From assembly GCF_009834535.1 (NCBI RefSeq), contig NC_045696.1, positions 50,594,001-50,658,000 of the forward strand: 64,000 nt of DNA, read 5' to 3'. The notes beneath the pieces are model-generated. The model did not search any database and was not told where the DNA came from. It saw nothing but the letters and a program-made list of their open reading frames with translations. Within the stretch, counting starts at the first letter, position 1, and each line of letters opens with the position of its first letter. This DNA comes from Camelus ferus. Taxonomy: Eukaryota. The position numbers and the translations under genes are program-made. Positions 1 through 12,560 of the stretch are shown here, piece after piece.

Positions 1-835
1 CCTGAGGGAAAAAATGAGCTTTCCTTCCCTCTCAGGCCTCTGCTGATATTTCTTTCCCAGGTCAGTTCCAAACAGCCAAATGAATTTTTCAGAAAAACTA
101 CAGCTGGAGTGTCAGGGTCCAGGTGACATATTAAAAAATCGAGAGAGGAAAATCTCAGAATCCCTTGGGTGTCATTTCCACAGAGTTTTCTTCTGAGCAT
201 CCTTACAAGGCCAGGGTTATTCCTTGCTTCTGCTCTGTTGTCCTCCTTGGCCGTTTTCCTCTGCCACTTCTTTTTGCTCTAGATTGCTCACCAAAGCATA
301 AACCATGTGTCTGTGATCATGAACAAAGTTGATACCAAAAGCTTTTTGGTTTTTTTTTTAAGAATGTTCTTTAGACAAAACACAACCCTGGCTGCAGCTG
401 AAGGCTGCTGGGATTTCTCTGCTTTGTTTTAATGCCTGGCCCCTTTCATGAAACCCGGGGGAGTTCCTGGGGGTGGGTTGGAGGGAAAGGAGGGGGAGGG
501 GGAAGAGAGGCGTGAACCTTTACTCCCAGAGTGGGACTTCAGAAGAATTTACAGCCGTCTTTTCTGGAGACTGTTAAGGTTTTATTGCCCTAGAACCAGC
601 AGTTACAATGCTTCGTGGAGCTCTGAGCTGAGCCCGTGCCAAGGATCCGCTAGCTGGCTGCAGCTGGCAAGAGGCCAGCTCTAATGCACGTTCACTTCAG
701 AAGGAGAGAGGAAGCTAGCTTAGGTGGGAGGTGAATCAGAAGAAAGAGAGAAACTGAGAAAGTAAGGCGTTGTAAACTCACAACTTCAGCTCCGCTGTCA
801 AATAGAGCTGACTTTGGGTGACTTTCCACCATTTA

Positions 836-1000
836 CAAGTGATTTAACCACTCCAAGGCCAGGGTTTCCAATCTGTAAACCAGAGATCGTAAGAGAACCT
901 ACTTCATTGGATTATTGGGAGGTTTAAATAAGATAAATCCTGTAAAGAGTTTAGTACAGTGTCTGGTCACAGTAAGAGCCTAATTATATTATTTTATACT
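836..1000 (+). mobile_element. MIR SINE
   Basis: Core gtttccaatctgtaaa...cctacttcattggattattgggaggtttaaataagataa...tagtacagtgtctgg. Confidence 0.75.
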
Positions 1001-1789
1001 GATATATTATAATTAATGGCATTGCAGGGAAGAGTACCAAGTTCACACTTTCTCTGAAGGTGAGTGTATCCAGGGAGGAGACATGCTTGCTTTCTTAGCT
1101 CTCAGCAGTCCCTTCTGTGGCCACTCTCCCACCCAAGCCTGCTGGGTACCTCGGGTGGGTGGGGAAAGACCAGTTAAAAAGAATAAAAGTGAAAGAAAGA
1201 AGAAGAGATGGTGAAGGCAAAGGAGATTTACAGGGAGAAATAATTGGAAAAAAGACATGCAAAAAAACTAGGTGAAAGAAAATAAAATGGAAATTGTCAG
1301 AGATGGAAGGAAGCTTTGCAGCTGGACATAGACTAAGCAGGAAATGTGGACGAGAGACGGAGGAGTGTGGAAAGGGACAGGGTTGGGTTTGCTGGCCAGT
1401 ACATCCTTGCAGGGAGGTAATGACTCCTAAAAGCCATGAGCCTGTGGGTATTTCAAAGGAACCTAAGCCGCAGAGCAAACCTTCCGGCAGAACATATAAG
1501 CCCTCTGTATACTTTCCATCAATCACGATTCCTTCTTCACAGCCCTCCCTGAGCCACTGATGAATGACTCACCTCTAGCTGCCACAGTCTCACACCTGCA
1601 GACTTTACTGGAAGCCTAAAAGAGACTTGGCTTCTGAGGTAATAGTCCACTTTGTGCTGTGGGTGCCTCTGCTGCAAGGGTAGGTTTAAAGCATCCGATA
1701 CCTGGAGCTTTCTAAGTGCTCCATAAGTGCTTGTTGAATGAGTGAGTGAGTGAATGAATGAGTAATGTTGAGGCAGGTCTACATGCCTG

Positions 1790-1952
1790 CCAAAGGTTAT
1801 AGGGTTTCTTCCTGGTGGGGGTGGGGTTCTGGAATTAGATAATAGTGATGGTTGTACAACCTTGTGAAGGTACTAAAATTGCCAAACTGTACACTTTACA
1901 ATGGTGAATGTTATGGTATGTGAATATTATCTCAATAATATAAATTAAAAAG
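1790..1952 (+). mobile_element. L1MB/MC-like 3' end
   Basis: ttctggaattagataatagtgatggttgtacaaccttgtga...gtacactttacaatggtgaatgttatggtatgtgaatattatctcaataa plus an A tail. Confidence 0.8.
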
Positions 1953-3857
1953 CATAAACTATAGCCTTAGAGAAAGAGCCCAGACTAGCACTTGTCTTCC
2001 AATATACTCTCAACACTGGATCCTCTTCTCATCCCTTTGCTCCTCAGAACATAGGGACAAAATAATTACCTTAAAAAGTCTTTCTCAAGTTTGCCTTGGA
2101 TTTTCAAGTTCCCATGAAACCAAAGTGAGACCAAGGATGGTTCGATCTTATAGAATTGAGGGGGTTTAATAGGAGGGGCTCAGCCTCCTCTTGAACATTT
2201 CTCTAGGACCTTGTAAGCTTTTCATGCTTGAACATCCTGAAAACAAAGATTCATTCTCTTAGCAAACTTCCTCATGTTGTCCCAGCCTCCCAGGCTCAGC
2301 CGCTAAGAAATTTGAGGAAATCAATGGCGATATTACCTAATCTCCGTGTGGGTTAGCCTTCAGTGCGTTAATGAAAGACCTTATCTTCCCTGACAGTCAA
2401 GGGCACTCGAGTGAGCAGAAACGATTTTACAGACGGGATGAGGAAGAACAAAGTCAGACTCGCCTGCCCTTTCAGCCTCGCCACACATAGGACCTATATA
2501 CGCAGAGACGACTTCCTAGCATCGTAAGTTACTGTTCTCTACGGACACTTCAGTTTTGTGAGATTGTGTGGTTAACTTCTTCACAGTGCACTGCTTGCAG
2601 GATTTTGTGTGGACCTTATTTCAGTTGCTTGTTTAATACTGGCAAAGGAAACTCCTAAATCTTAAGCGCCATTTAATACATCAATAGCAGACTGCTTAGA
2701 CAAACAGGATTTCAGGTTTAGGGACTGGAGTCTGTTCTATTCCTATAAATTAAAGAGAGAATGAGTCCATATATGTCTGTGCTCTACTGTAAGGTTTGGG
2801 CCAAGTACTGGGTCTCCAAGAAAAATTGAGAAAAGCAGGCTGTCTTCTGTTTCAAGTTCCTTCTCTAGCATCCAATTATGAACAGAAGAAAAATGTAAAA
2901 AAAAAAAAAAGGTGAAATGCTACTTATTCAAACCTGATCCTGAACTCAACAAACAAACATCAACATCTTCATTCATTCAGGGGTTTTACGTGAACTGAGT
3001 GGCCCTAGGAGCTTCTGGAAAGCCCACCCAGTCATTATACGTAATTTGTCATACCTCACTGAGAATCTCGGTTACCAACCCTACAAAGTGAGATTTGATC
3101 TTGATCTTGGGTTCCCAGTGTTGTCACTACCAAGGCCCCTGTTCCTTTATTTTTGCAATGATGTCATAAGCCAGCCAGAGCCTCAAAGCCCCATGAGTGC
3201 TCAGTGCTAACAGCTGAATTGCCTGGCATCATCATTTGGGGAGTTTGTTGAAAGTATGATTCCTTTGAAACTTAAAAGTTACCGAGGAAAGGTTTTTAAA
3301 GCTACTTTTTTGGTCTTTGAGGATCCCCCCACCTTTCAAGAACCCCAGATTGGAGCTTCTGACCAAATAATCTCCCTGGCTTCAGAATTCTCCAAGTCTA
3401 GAAATCTGAGGGTGAATGAGTAAGTCACAAGTGACCTGGATTTGCCCCTCCTTTCAGACTATCCTAAAGATTCTCCCTGAAAAGTAGACTTGTCCACTGG
3501 CTGGACTGCACACTCAGAACCAGCTGTTACTGTCCTCATAGTTAGGGGAAAACAATGCAAACCCAAGGAAATGGTCGTTATTTGGATTTAAATCCTGTTG
3601 GTTTGTTTCCTCCAAATCTCTGGTCTAGAAATTTAAGAGAAACGGCTCTTCCTTAGTCTTTTACAGCAAGACTTTGCGAATATAAGCAATGAGAAAGATT
3701 CTTATCCATTGTGCCCCAGGTGGTAAGTCATAAAACTCTTGAGCTCAGTGGGACCCTAGAGAATCTTTGCACAGAGGGAACCAGCCATTCAGCTGAAATT
3801 TAAGAGAAAGGCAAAGGAAGGGAAAGAAAGACATCCAGGAACCCAGAGATGCTATAC

Positions 3858-3987
3858 CTTTTTTCCCCAGTGCCTGTCCTCTCTCTTTTTTCCCCAGTGC
3901 CTGTCTCTCCTCTCTCCTCTCTCCTCTCTCCTCTCTCCTTTCTCCTCCTACCTTCCTACCTACCTACCTACCTACCTACCTACCTAC
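3858..3987. repeat. Compound repeat: 27-bp-period duplication, (CTCTC)n, (CTAC)n
   Basis: cttttttccccagtgcctgtc occurs twice, followed by ctctc units and then about 8 ctac units. Confidence 0.9.
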
Positions 3988-4007
3988 GTAGGAATCGAAC
4001 CTACTAC

Positions 4008-4635
4008 CTTCTGCTTCCAGGGGATACGTTCCAAGAACCCCTTGTGGGTACCTGAAACCACAGATAGTACTGAACCCTATATATACTGTTTTTTGTGTAC
4101 ATGCATACCTGTAAGATAAAGTTTAATTTACAAACTAGGCACAGTAAGAGATTAACAACAATAACTAATAATAAAACAGAACAATTACAACCATATACAG
4201 CAATAAGAGTTATGTGACCATGGTCTCGCTTGCTCTCTCTCAAAATATCTTACTGTAGTGTACTCAGCCTTCTTTTGATGATGGGAGATTTCAAAATGTC
4301 TCTGTGATGAGATGAAGTGAGGTGAATGACGTAGGCATTGTGACATAGTGTTAAGCTGCTGTCGACCTTCTGACGGTAGGTCAGGAGGACCCTCTGCTGT
4401 GGGGGAGCCTGGGTGATCACACCGTGATGACGCTGATGTCGGATGTCAGGAGCAGACAATGTTGATGGTCAGGAATCCCAGTAGGACGGCACAGATTTCA
4501 TCATGCTTCCCAGAACAGCATGCAATTTAAAATATTAATTGTCTATTTCTGAAATTTCCCATTTGATATTTTCGGACCACGTTGATCATGGATAACTGAA
4601 ACTGTGGAAAGTGAAACCACAGATAAGGGGGACTC
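4008..4635. mobile_element. MER44-like (Tigger7, TcMar) DNA transposon remnant
   Basis: gggatacgttccaagaaccc...cctgaaaccacagatagtactgaaccctatatatact at the left and gaaaccacagataagggggact at the right match recalled MER44 ends. Confidence 0.82.
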
Positions 4636-5499
4636 ATGCACTTTTCATTGTGTCTCGCTGGTCCTCACTCTTCCTTCCAGAGCACCTCAGGCGTTGTTGT
4701 TCCCTTTCCTTAACACTTCTTCAAGAAAATACTTCATGTTTTCAGGTTGAACATGTTATTAATTCAAGAATGTATGAGCTTCTTCCTAGGAAGTTAACCC
4801 ATTTCCCAGCAGCCCCCAGTAGCATCTTTGTTTGTATATTATTTGTGTATTAGGTTGATTTTGTGTTGCTCCTCCAGAGACATTGGAAAATCATCCAAAG
4901 AACTTCAGGAAATTAAGCATTCCTGAAATACTGGTTTTTATTCAATATCATTGTCATCATCATCTTTATCGCCATGCTTTTAAATCTTTCTGTAAACAAA
5001 TAATCAAATGAACTTCTGGTGCCAGAAAGCAGGAGATTGCTTGCTGTTTCCACATGTATTGATAGTGTATTGGAGCCTGAATGTGAAGCAAACTCAAGTT
5101 TACTGGTATTTTAAGGAGGTAAATGCCACTCAGGACACTGAACCTTTTTCTTCCACTCCTGTCCTGGGTAGCATCTTCAAATCCAAAGATGGTGGGAGAG
5201 TAGAAACAACTTGAGAATCCTTCATGCTGTGGACCGTGTCTGGGTTATTTCAGTAATTCTCACCACAAGCACATGAAGCTGATGTTACACCTCCTCACTT
5301 TTTATCCACAGCTGCTGAGAGTTAATCGCTTTGTCATCCCGGGTTTGTGCAAAGCTCTCACGTTTGTTTGTTACTCCGTCTATCCACACAGCTGCTCCCA
5401 TTTCACCAACACACCCCATATGCAACATGCTTAATGTGTCTCTCAGGGTGCTCTTGCCATATGTATTACCCTGTATGTATTTTTATTTACATAAATGGA

Positions 5500-5660
5500 T
5501 TCCAAAACCTTTTTTTCACAGTTTAATCTCTGATATCAGGATGCACCTTGCAATCAATGGTATGTCAGTTTTCTTGGCAGAATTTTTACTTTCTTAGTCA
5601 AAGCATAAAATAGTGGTGTATAATACAGTAAATGGTATTTAGATTCAATGAGATTTGTAT
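5500..5660. mobile_element. MER104/Kanga-like Tc2 DNA transposon remnant inside an old L1
   Basis: tttttcacagtttaatctctgatatcaggatgcacctt...cataaaatagtggtg...tagattcaatgagatttg resembles the recalled consensus. Confidence 0.55.
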
Positions 5661-6080
5661 ATCACATGCTACTTCTTACTTTTTCCGGTTGGAGTACCAG
5701 TACCAGACCATGAATGTTGCCTTGTCCTCGTCTCTTGTGTTGCTTCTAACTGCTGCCCCATCCTCCAGGATGGGCCTCTTTTGTACATTGTCTATCCACT
5801 CCCAGAGGCTGCCGGGCTGGCTCCAACTCCCTGACACCACAGACAGTACTAGAGTAAGCATCCTTGTGTGTATCCCCTATGGCGTATTGTAAGCATTTCA
5901 CTGGATAGTATGTCTAGCAGTAAAATTGCTGGGTCATTAGGTTTGTAAATATTTACTTGACTAAGTAGAACCAAATTGCTTTCCAGAATAGTTCCACCAT
6001 CCATGTTTCATCAGCAGTTTCTGAGGGTCCTCTGAGCCCACATTTCTGCCAACAGTTGGCATTATCCAGCTTCCTCATTT
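5660..6080 (-). mobile_element. Old L1 (L1ME-like) 3' fragment
   Basis: agtaaaattgctgggtca...ccaaattgctttccagaatagtt...catcagcagtttctgagggtcct...ccaacagttggcattatccagctt. Confidence 0.7.
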
Positions 6081-8004
6081 TATATTTGAGAAAAGGAAGC
6101 TTGGCATGAATGGATTCTCTTCCCTTTTATCAGGAAGAAGCAGTTGTAGCTAGTGGTACCAGAGCCTAGACTATGCCAAGATGCTTCTGTGGCCACATCA
6201 AGGAACCATGCGGTTTCTTAATCAGCATTTCTTCAGTCATTTCAGAATGTCCTTTACCCTCTCTGGGCATCAGTGTTCTCATCTCTTAATTAAAGAAATA
6301 GTACTTGATGAGGGCTCTTTTCCAAATCTAAAATTCTCCAACTATGAATACTCTTCTGTCCATCATTAGCAATTACCTCTGATGGCATCCAAGCGAGTGT
6401 CTCTAGGGCTTCAAGATGTTCGAAATGATAAACTGTTCTTTGTACCTTTTTATCTAAGTGACAAAAGCACCTAAGAAATAAACAAGCACCCACACGCAAT
6501 GCTACCCTCTTTCATTTGAACCTCCTCTCCCAATCTCCCTGCACCCTTGACTGAGACAACGCCCAAAAATAAAAGACAAGGTACACAGTGTACTTTTGCA
6601 AAGTCCAAGAGTATGTTAGGTTAGGCTTTGTTCCAGTCTGAAAAGTATCATTTCCCCTCTTACGGTGAGGAATGGATCACATTATTTCTAAGGCAAAGTC
6701 CAAATACAGAAATGACATCACCCAGACAGGGAGAAGCCAAAGGTCTTTCTTCAGCCGCTTCGTGAATAAGAATGGAGAACTGATATGAAGTTGGGGGTCA
6801 TTCAGAGCGCTTTTATGGCTAAATGCTCACTCCCACTTATTTTTCTCTATACTGGATGAAGTTCTGCAGACTCTCCTGGCTTCCAGCCATTGCCTAAAAG
6901 GACCATTTAGTGCACATCTGTGTAGACCAACCTCACCAGGATTCACCTCTGACAGCTCCCTAAGAAAGACCAGCCCTTCTTGGGCCTCACAGATGATCGT
7001 TGGGCAGTCAGTTTCCACCAGCCATCTCCACCCCTTCCCATGTCACACTCCTATCAAGTTTCCAAGTCTCTAAGACCCAGAGAGGCTGCATCTTTGGCTG
7101 AATTTCAGCACCATCTTGTCAGGAAAAATGAGATGATGAACACCACTCGCCACCAAGGGAAACTCCAGGGTGAGAGGTATCAAGTCTGAGGCTCCCATCC
7201 TCTGAGCTGGTATCTCCTCTGTCTCTCCCTTTCTCTGGGCCCACTGAGTTCCATTTTGAATGCCCAGTACACCTCTGTCTACCCCAGGGTTGTAAAAGGC
7301 AGGGTAGGAATGGTTCCTGAGGGCAACTCAACTAGGTGCTCATGTATGTGCTGTCTCGTGTCATTCAAACATCTCCTTATCCTAAACAAAGGACACTCGG
7401 CTGTTGCTCTTCTCTGGTCCCAAGGGGCCCCTTTGTCAGCAGCAGGAGTCAATCTTCTCCCTTTGATCGCCAAGTTGGGAGATTTATTTTACTTTCCTGT
7501 GGCTCAAGATCTGCTTATTGGGAAGAGCTGCTTAGCCAGCTTGCCGCAGCTCTGCTGGGACCTGGATGGGAAATTCAGTATCAACCCACATGGAATATTG
7601 TTTTGGCTTAGCTGCAGGATTATGGTTCTGAGTTCCAACACGCTAGTCTTTGCTTACTCTACAGGGTCATTGCTAGGACACACGGGGCCCTGCACCACTT
7701 GGACTGGTGGGGGAGTACTGCTTCTTTTAAACTTTAAGTAAGAGCATGTGATAGCAGAGAAAGCACTGACCAGGGGAATCCAGACTGTATTCAACACACT
7801 AACTGACATAAGTGAACATTATAACCAGCCTCATCAGTTCATGCCAGGTTTTCGACCAGAGGAGTTTTGAGGGGAAAAAAAAGTCTTGTGATTTCTTTAG
7901 AGCTCTTTTGTGGAAACTGCAGGTAAAAGATTGTGGACCTAATTAATGGAAAAAGCATTCTAAGCTTTGGGCTCTGGAAAGATGGAGATTTAAATCCCTT
8001 GAGG

Positions 8005-8150
8005 CTGATTCTGGAGAAGTTACTTAACTGCTCTGAGGTTCAGTTTCCTGTATGTATGTAAAAATGAAGATTATCATAACTATCTTGTAGGATTGTCTGG
8101 AAGCTTAAATGAGACATGGAATGTGCAGAACCCGGCTGGCATAGGATAAG
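8005..8150 (+). mobile_element. MIR SINE
   Basis: aagttacttaactgctctgaggttcagtttcct...tgtaaaaatgaagat...ttaaatgaga...ctggcatag. Confidence 0.75.
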
Positions 8151-8654
8151 TAAAACAAAAACAAGAAAAAGATAACTATTGATTTTAGGACATGTGGAGG
8201 GATGCAGGGATGAACTAGAACAATGACAGGTTGGAAGGAAAAAGAAACTTGGATTTGAGGAGGGCAGTGAACCATATGGAAAACCTTCATTTAAGAGGGG
8301 GAAGGAACAAGGGTAAGAAGTCTGGAGAATGGAAACTTGACAGTGGGCGAGGTGGGTTCTGGGAAGGCTGGAGCATCTAGTGTAAGTGTCTTGAGCTGTA
8401 TACAGCCAGAACCTGGCACATTGGAGCTAAGGGATGGTCATAAGGTTCAGTTGGAAAAGTTGAGACCCAGTGTGGGGACTTGATCTATAAAGAACTAGTC
8501 AACATGTCTCTCAGCCTCAAGCAAGTTTTTCCACTAGGAACGCCTGACTCTTACTCATCTGGATGCATGTCTACCCCATGATTTCATTGCACTTGGAGCC
8601 AGGTGGCTAGATTCATATTGCACAAAAGCCCCCAAACAGAGATAAGGAGTAAAT

Positions 8655-8900
8655 TATAACAGCTGTCATGTAGCGCATGCTCACCCAAAATGCCAGAATC
8701 TGGGCTAAGGCATTTTACATCCATCACCTCCCAAAATTCTCACAACAGCATGAGGAATGTATGATTTTCCACATAGATTTTCCACTATGGATGAGGGAAC
8801 TGAGGTTCAGAGAGGTTAAATGATTGCCCAAGGTCACAGAGCTAGTAAGTGGCAGAGCTGGAATTCACCTCCAAGTCTGATTGAACGGCAAGAACCACTA
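8655..8900 (-). mobile_element. MIR SINE
   Basis: gatgagggaactgaggttcagagaggttaaatgattgcccaaggtcacagagctagtaagtggcagagctggaattc. Confidence 0.85.
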
Positions 8901-9084
8901 CAGTGTGCTTACCTACTGCTGGTTAGCAAGAAACGTCATAGATTCTATATGAGAAACCCCTAGGCTCTCAGACATTGGAAATAGAAGGCCACGGTGGTGG
9001 GGCTTTTGTGGGAAGGACCTTGGCCGCCTTCACCACAGCCCTTCCTCTCAGGTCCTGGCTCCAGGCTAACACACACGAGCTACA

Positions 9085-9303
9085 GCAGGCACAGGGAGCC
9101 CACAATCCTTTAAGAAACCCACAATCCATTTAAGGACCCGCAAAAATGGTTTAATCTGTCATAAAATCAGAGGAGAATATAATGAATGTAATTTATTACA
9201 TGCAAAGAAGTTATAAGGGATAATTTTTAATACTTTTATATGGAGGAAGGGGCACACGAGGTCAAAAGTACCTTGGGCCCATGAGTACCATCATGCACCC
9301 TGC
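9085..9303. mobile_element. Probable hAT-family MITE (MER91/MER96-like)
   Basis: cagg...ccctg ends, an AT-rich middle and a gggcccat subterminal motif. Family uncertain. Confidence 0.4.
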
Positions 9304-9616
9304 CTGCTTTCTTAAATATTCTAGAAAGTGTTTGGTGTTTAATTGTAGTCCTGGCATAGCATCACCTCCTCTTTCATTCATTTGGGGAGTTATATCATTC
9401 TAGACATCCTTAAGTAGGAAACATGCCTTTTCTTGGCTTGTTCTTTTCGGCTAACATAAAAGTGGTACAAATTTATCCAAATAATCAGATATAGAAATGT
9501 GAACAGATAGGTAAAGCTTAATATTCACAAGCTATACCTAAGAATTGTGTACCTCAGCTTGTCCATGGACATAAATTCACAAGCACCACAGGGCAGCTGT
9601 AAACATAAGATCACCA

Positions 9617-9650
<34 letters not shown>

Positions 9651-9672
9651 ACACAGACACACACACACACAC
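9617..9672. repeat. (AC)n microsatellite with two AG interruptions
   Basis: Read directly. Confidence 0.97.
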
Positions 9673-10438
9673 TCTTCTCCAACAATAAAACAAATAGACA
9701 AGAGCCAAGAAGATCAAATTACTATCCCATGAACAAGTTATAAAGAGAAAAATCCCAGATTTGGAGTCCCGTCTGCGGTAGGTAAATAAAGGAGCAAGAG
9801 TGGGTGGGAAAAAGGATCAGACTGTAAATCGAGCCAATGCATTTATTTTTTTTTTTTTAAGGTCCAAGACCAAAGCACTTATTAATGATGGCCCTCAGTG
9901 TTTCCCCAGTAAGGCATCCCCCTCTTGTTAAGGGATTCCAGACCTCAACAAGCCTGCAATCACATCAGATTTGAGGATTGAGTTGGGGTCAAGACGAGGG
10001 GAGGAGAGGAGGAGGGTAAAAGCTTTGTGAGGGGTTCCATGCTTAAAAACAAGTTCAGACTCAGCTGAAAAGCCAGAGAAGAAGCTATCTCATTAACTGG
10101 ACCCCTTTCACCTCTTTCCTTTCCCATTCCACCCACAGTTCTCCCTCCATAGAATGTACCCAGGCAAAACAGTTGAAAGGGATTATCTGCCCTGTTCTTC
10201 AAAGCCAAGTTATTTTTGGTTAATTAGGGGTGAAAATGGGAGTCAACCTCTGGGCAGAGATACCCTCAAGTCTGGCCTGTTTGAAATCAACAAATCCCAA
10301 ACAAATAAGAAAATGTGTACCCATAGGGGGCTTCTAGCCTCAATATGATTCCTGTAATATTCATTTATCTAGAATGTTGGGAGATTTAGATGTTGGGTTC
10401 ACGAATTCATTCCACAAAGATATAATGCCACCTATTGA

Positions 10439-10440
<2 letters not shown>

Positions 10441-10509
<69 letters not shown>
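10441..10509. repeat. Perfect (TAA)23 microsatellite
   Basis: Read directly; explains the poly-Ile ORFs. Confidence 0.98.
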
Positions 10510-10685
10510 GTGATAGCTGGGCCTGGCACTGTGCTGAGTGCTTTATCTGCAGGGATCTCAATCCTTGCAGCTCCAGGAATTAGACACTTTTATCACAAGA
10601 AGAAACTTTACAGACAAAAAAACTGAAGCTTGGAGACGTTGAATAATTTACCAAAGTTCTCCCAGCCAGTAAATAATAGTTCAGG
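10510..10685 (-). mobile_element. MIR SINE
   Basis: ggcactgtgctgagtgcttta...tttacagacaaaaaaactgaagcttggagacgttgaataatttaccaaagt. Confidence 0.7.
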
Positions 10686-10749
10686 TGCACTGATCCACTA
10701 TAACTCAGATCTCTCGCTATGTGGTTTACATTGTGTTTTTTTCCTCATT

Positions 10750-11025
10750 GCTCCTCAGCATTTAGGGTTCTTTCCCAATCTTAACTACTAAAAATACTAT
10801 GGCAATGTACTCTTTGTACATAAAGCTTTTCTCTTATTCTTGATGATTTTTTTAGAATAAATTCGCAAGAGTCAGGTATCTGGATCAAATGGTTTAAGTA
10901 TTTGTTGGCTCACGTATGGCCAAATTACATTTTAAAAGGTTTTGCTCATTTACACCTGAAACATCATCATACTTTTAAAATTTGAGAATATCTGTTCTTC
11001 TCAAATCCTTTCCAGCACTTTCTGT
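10750..11025 (-). mobile_element. Old L1 (L1ME-like) fragment
   Basis: catttagggttctttccc...ttagaataaattcgcaagagt...tggatcaaatggt...ggccaaattacatttt. Confidence 0.6.
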
Positions 11026-11529
11026 TTGCTTATGAGATTTGACTGCTCTCTGGCCACCGTTCCTCATTCAATGGCAAAGGCTCTCAGAAATTCCATTTCA
11101 GTGACCAGCAGCATCCCAAGGTTGTGAATCTGCTGGATTTTAATAGGCTCCATGAAGGCCCGTTACCTCTTGCCCCATCTCCCACTTGTTGGCCAGTACC
11201 TGTAATTCTACCACCAGGGCCTCATCCTTTTGGCTTAGGGTTTAGAGCTTTTCTAAAATGCCTCCTGGAAGGTGTTACTTTTAAATGGCTATCAATTATT
11301 TATATTCTGTCGTGAAGGTAAAGAACCAGATGATTTTGAGAAGGAAAGGAGGCCAGGGGACAGTGATTGAAGTTCTAGGCGGTGGAGGGGTTCGAGGGGA
11401 GGCCCGAGGAAGGAGGGCTGGGGAGGGAATGAGCACCAAGAAGGAAGAAGGTGCAAGTTTTTCCCCTCCCCCCCTAGCCAGAGGTACGGTCTGTTTTTCC
11501 TCTCCAGCGCTGGGCGTACGAAGGTGGTT

Positions 11530-11720
11530 TTCATTTATTCCTTCCTTCAGGCCACAAAAATTGTTTTTGAGTACTCACTATGACGTAAACAGTATTCCGG
11601 GTGCCACGGAAATATCCGTGAACCAATGTCCTTGTCCTAAGGAGGCTTACATTTTAGTGACAGGAGACAGTCAAGCAAATAAACACATAATATGTCAGGA
11701 GTAATAAATATTGTAAAGTG
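11530..11720 (-). mobile_element. L2 3' end
   Basis: tcatttattccttccttca...tttttgagtactcactatg...gtccttgtcctaaggaggcttacattttagtgacaggagacag. Confidence 0.7.
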
Positions 11721-12289
11721 TTGTCTTTAAAGAGGAAAACTGTCAGAATACAAAGTCTCTGACAAAGACACTGCGGGTAGTTAATCTGCAGACTCCAGGT
11801 TTGGGCATGTGTGTGAGACTCGGGATGTGGCAGGAAAATAAAATCACAGACAGATCACTAGCAAACATGGCAGCTTTCTGACCCTTCTTAGACAGTGCTC
11901 TCGACCCTCTTCACTTCTCCCAGTGAAGATCCATGATTTTAGTCACTGGGTCCCTCACTTGGCTGTGAGAATGTGAAAGATGTACGTGGCTAGGCTGTTC
12001 TTGTTCTGGGTCTACATCTGGTGTGTTGATCTATAGCCAGAGCAGCAGAGCTCTTGCAGGCAGCCCTCTGAGAAGCACCTGCAATGGGAAGGGTAGAAAA
12101 CCTTGCGAGTCCAGGCTCTCACTAAGCCGCTACTGCAGGACCCGGGCCAGGCCCAGCTGCTCTGCCCTGGGCCTCAGTCAAGCCCAGTTAAGTAACATGA
12201 GGAGTTTGGACTCTAGAAAGAAGGCCTTCCTGGCCCCTTCCAACCCTCATCCTCTTCTTCTACCTCTGCTTGCATTTCTGCCTTGAGCC

Positions 12290-12560
12290 TTCCAAGTAAA
12301 CAGCAGGATTAATCCATCAGCTCGGCCGGCCTGGGAGCGGAAGGGAGGCAGGCGGAGGAAGTTTCAATGGTATTGCACTCCAGTGAGCACTGAAGAGGCT
12401 CCATTCATGGACCAACAAAACCTGGGAGAAGCCTCTGACTTAATCAGCCCAGGAGGCTCCAGCAGTAGGAACAATGGAAATCACAGCCTTATTTGGAGAT
12501 CCCGGCACAGCTTCTGTGTTCTCCCTGAGACCTGCGCCCGCCAGCTCCCCCAGTGCATGT
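12290..12560. promoter_or_regulatory. Candidate enhancer (dense TF motif cluster)
   Basis: FOX GTAAACA, palindromic GGATTAATCC, ETS GAGGAAGT, SOX AACAATGG and a perfect CArG box CCTTATTTGG (12487-12496), with retained CpGs and no repeat origin evident. Confidence 0.45.

Noticed and set aside
7256..7741. 161-aa ORF
   Set aside because: Non-ATG start, no recognisable motif, no supporting exon structure.
10361..10583. Poly-Ile ORFs on both strands
   Set aside because: Translations of the (TAA)23 microsatellite.
12521..12540. tccctgagacc, resembling the miR-125 5' end (also acagcaggcacag at ~9082, like miR-214)
   Set aside because: The match stops after 11-13 nt and there is no precursor hairpin.
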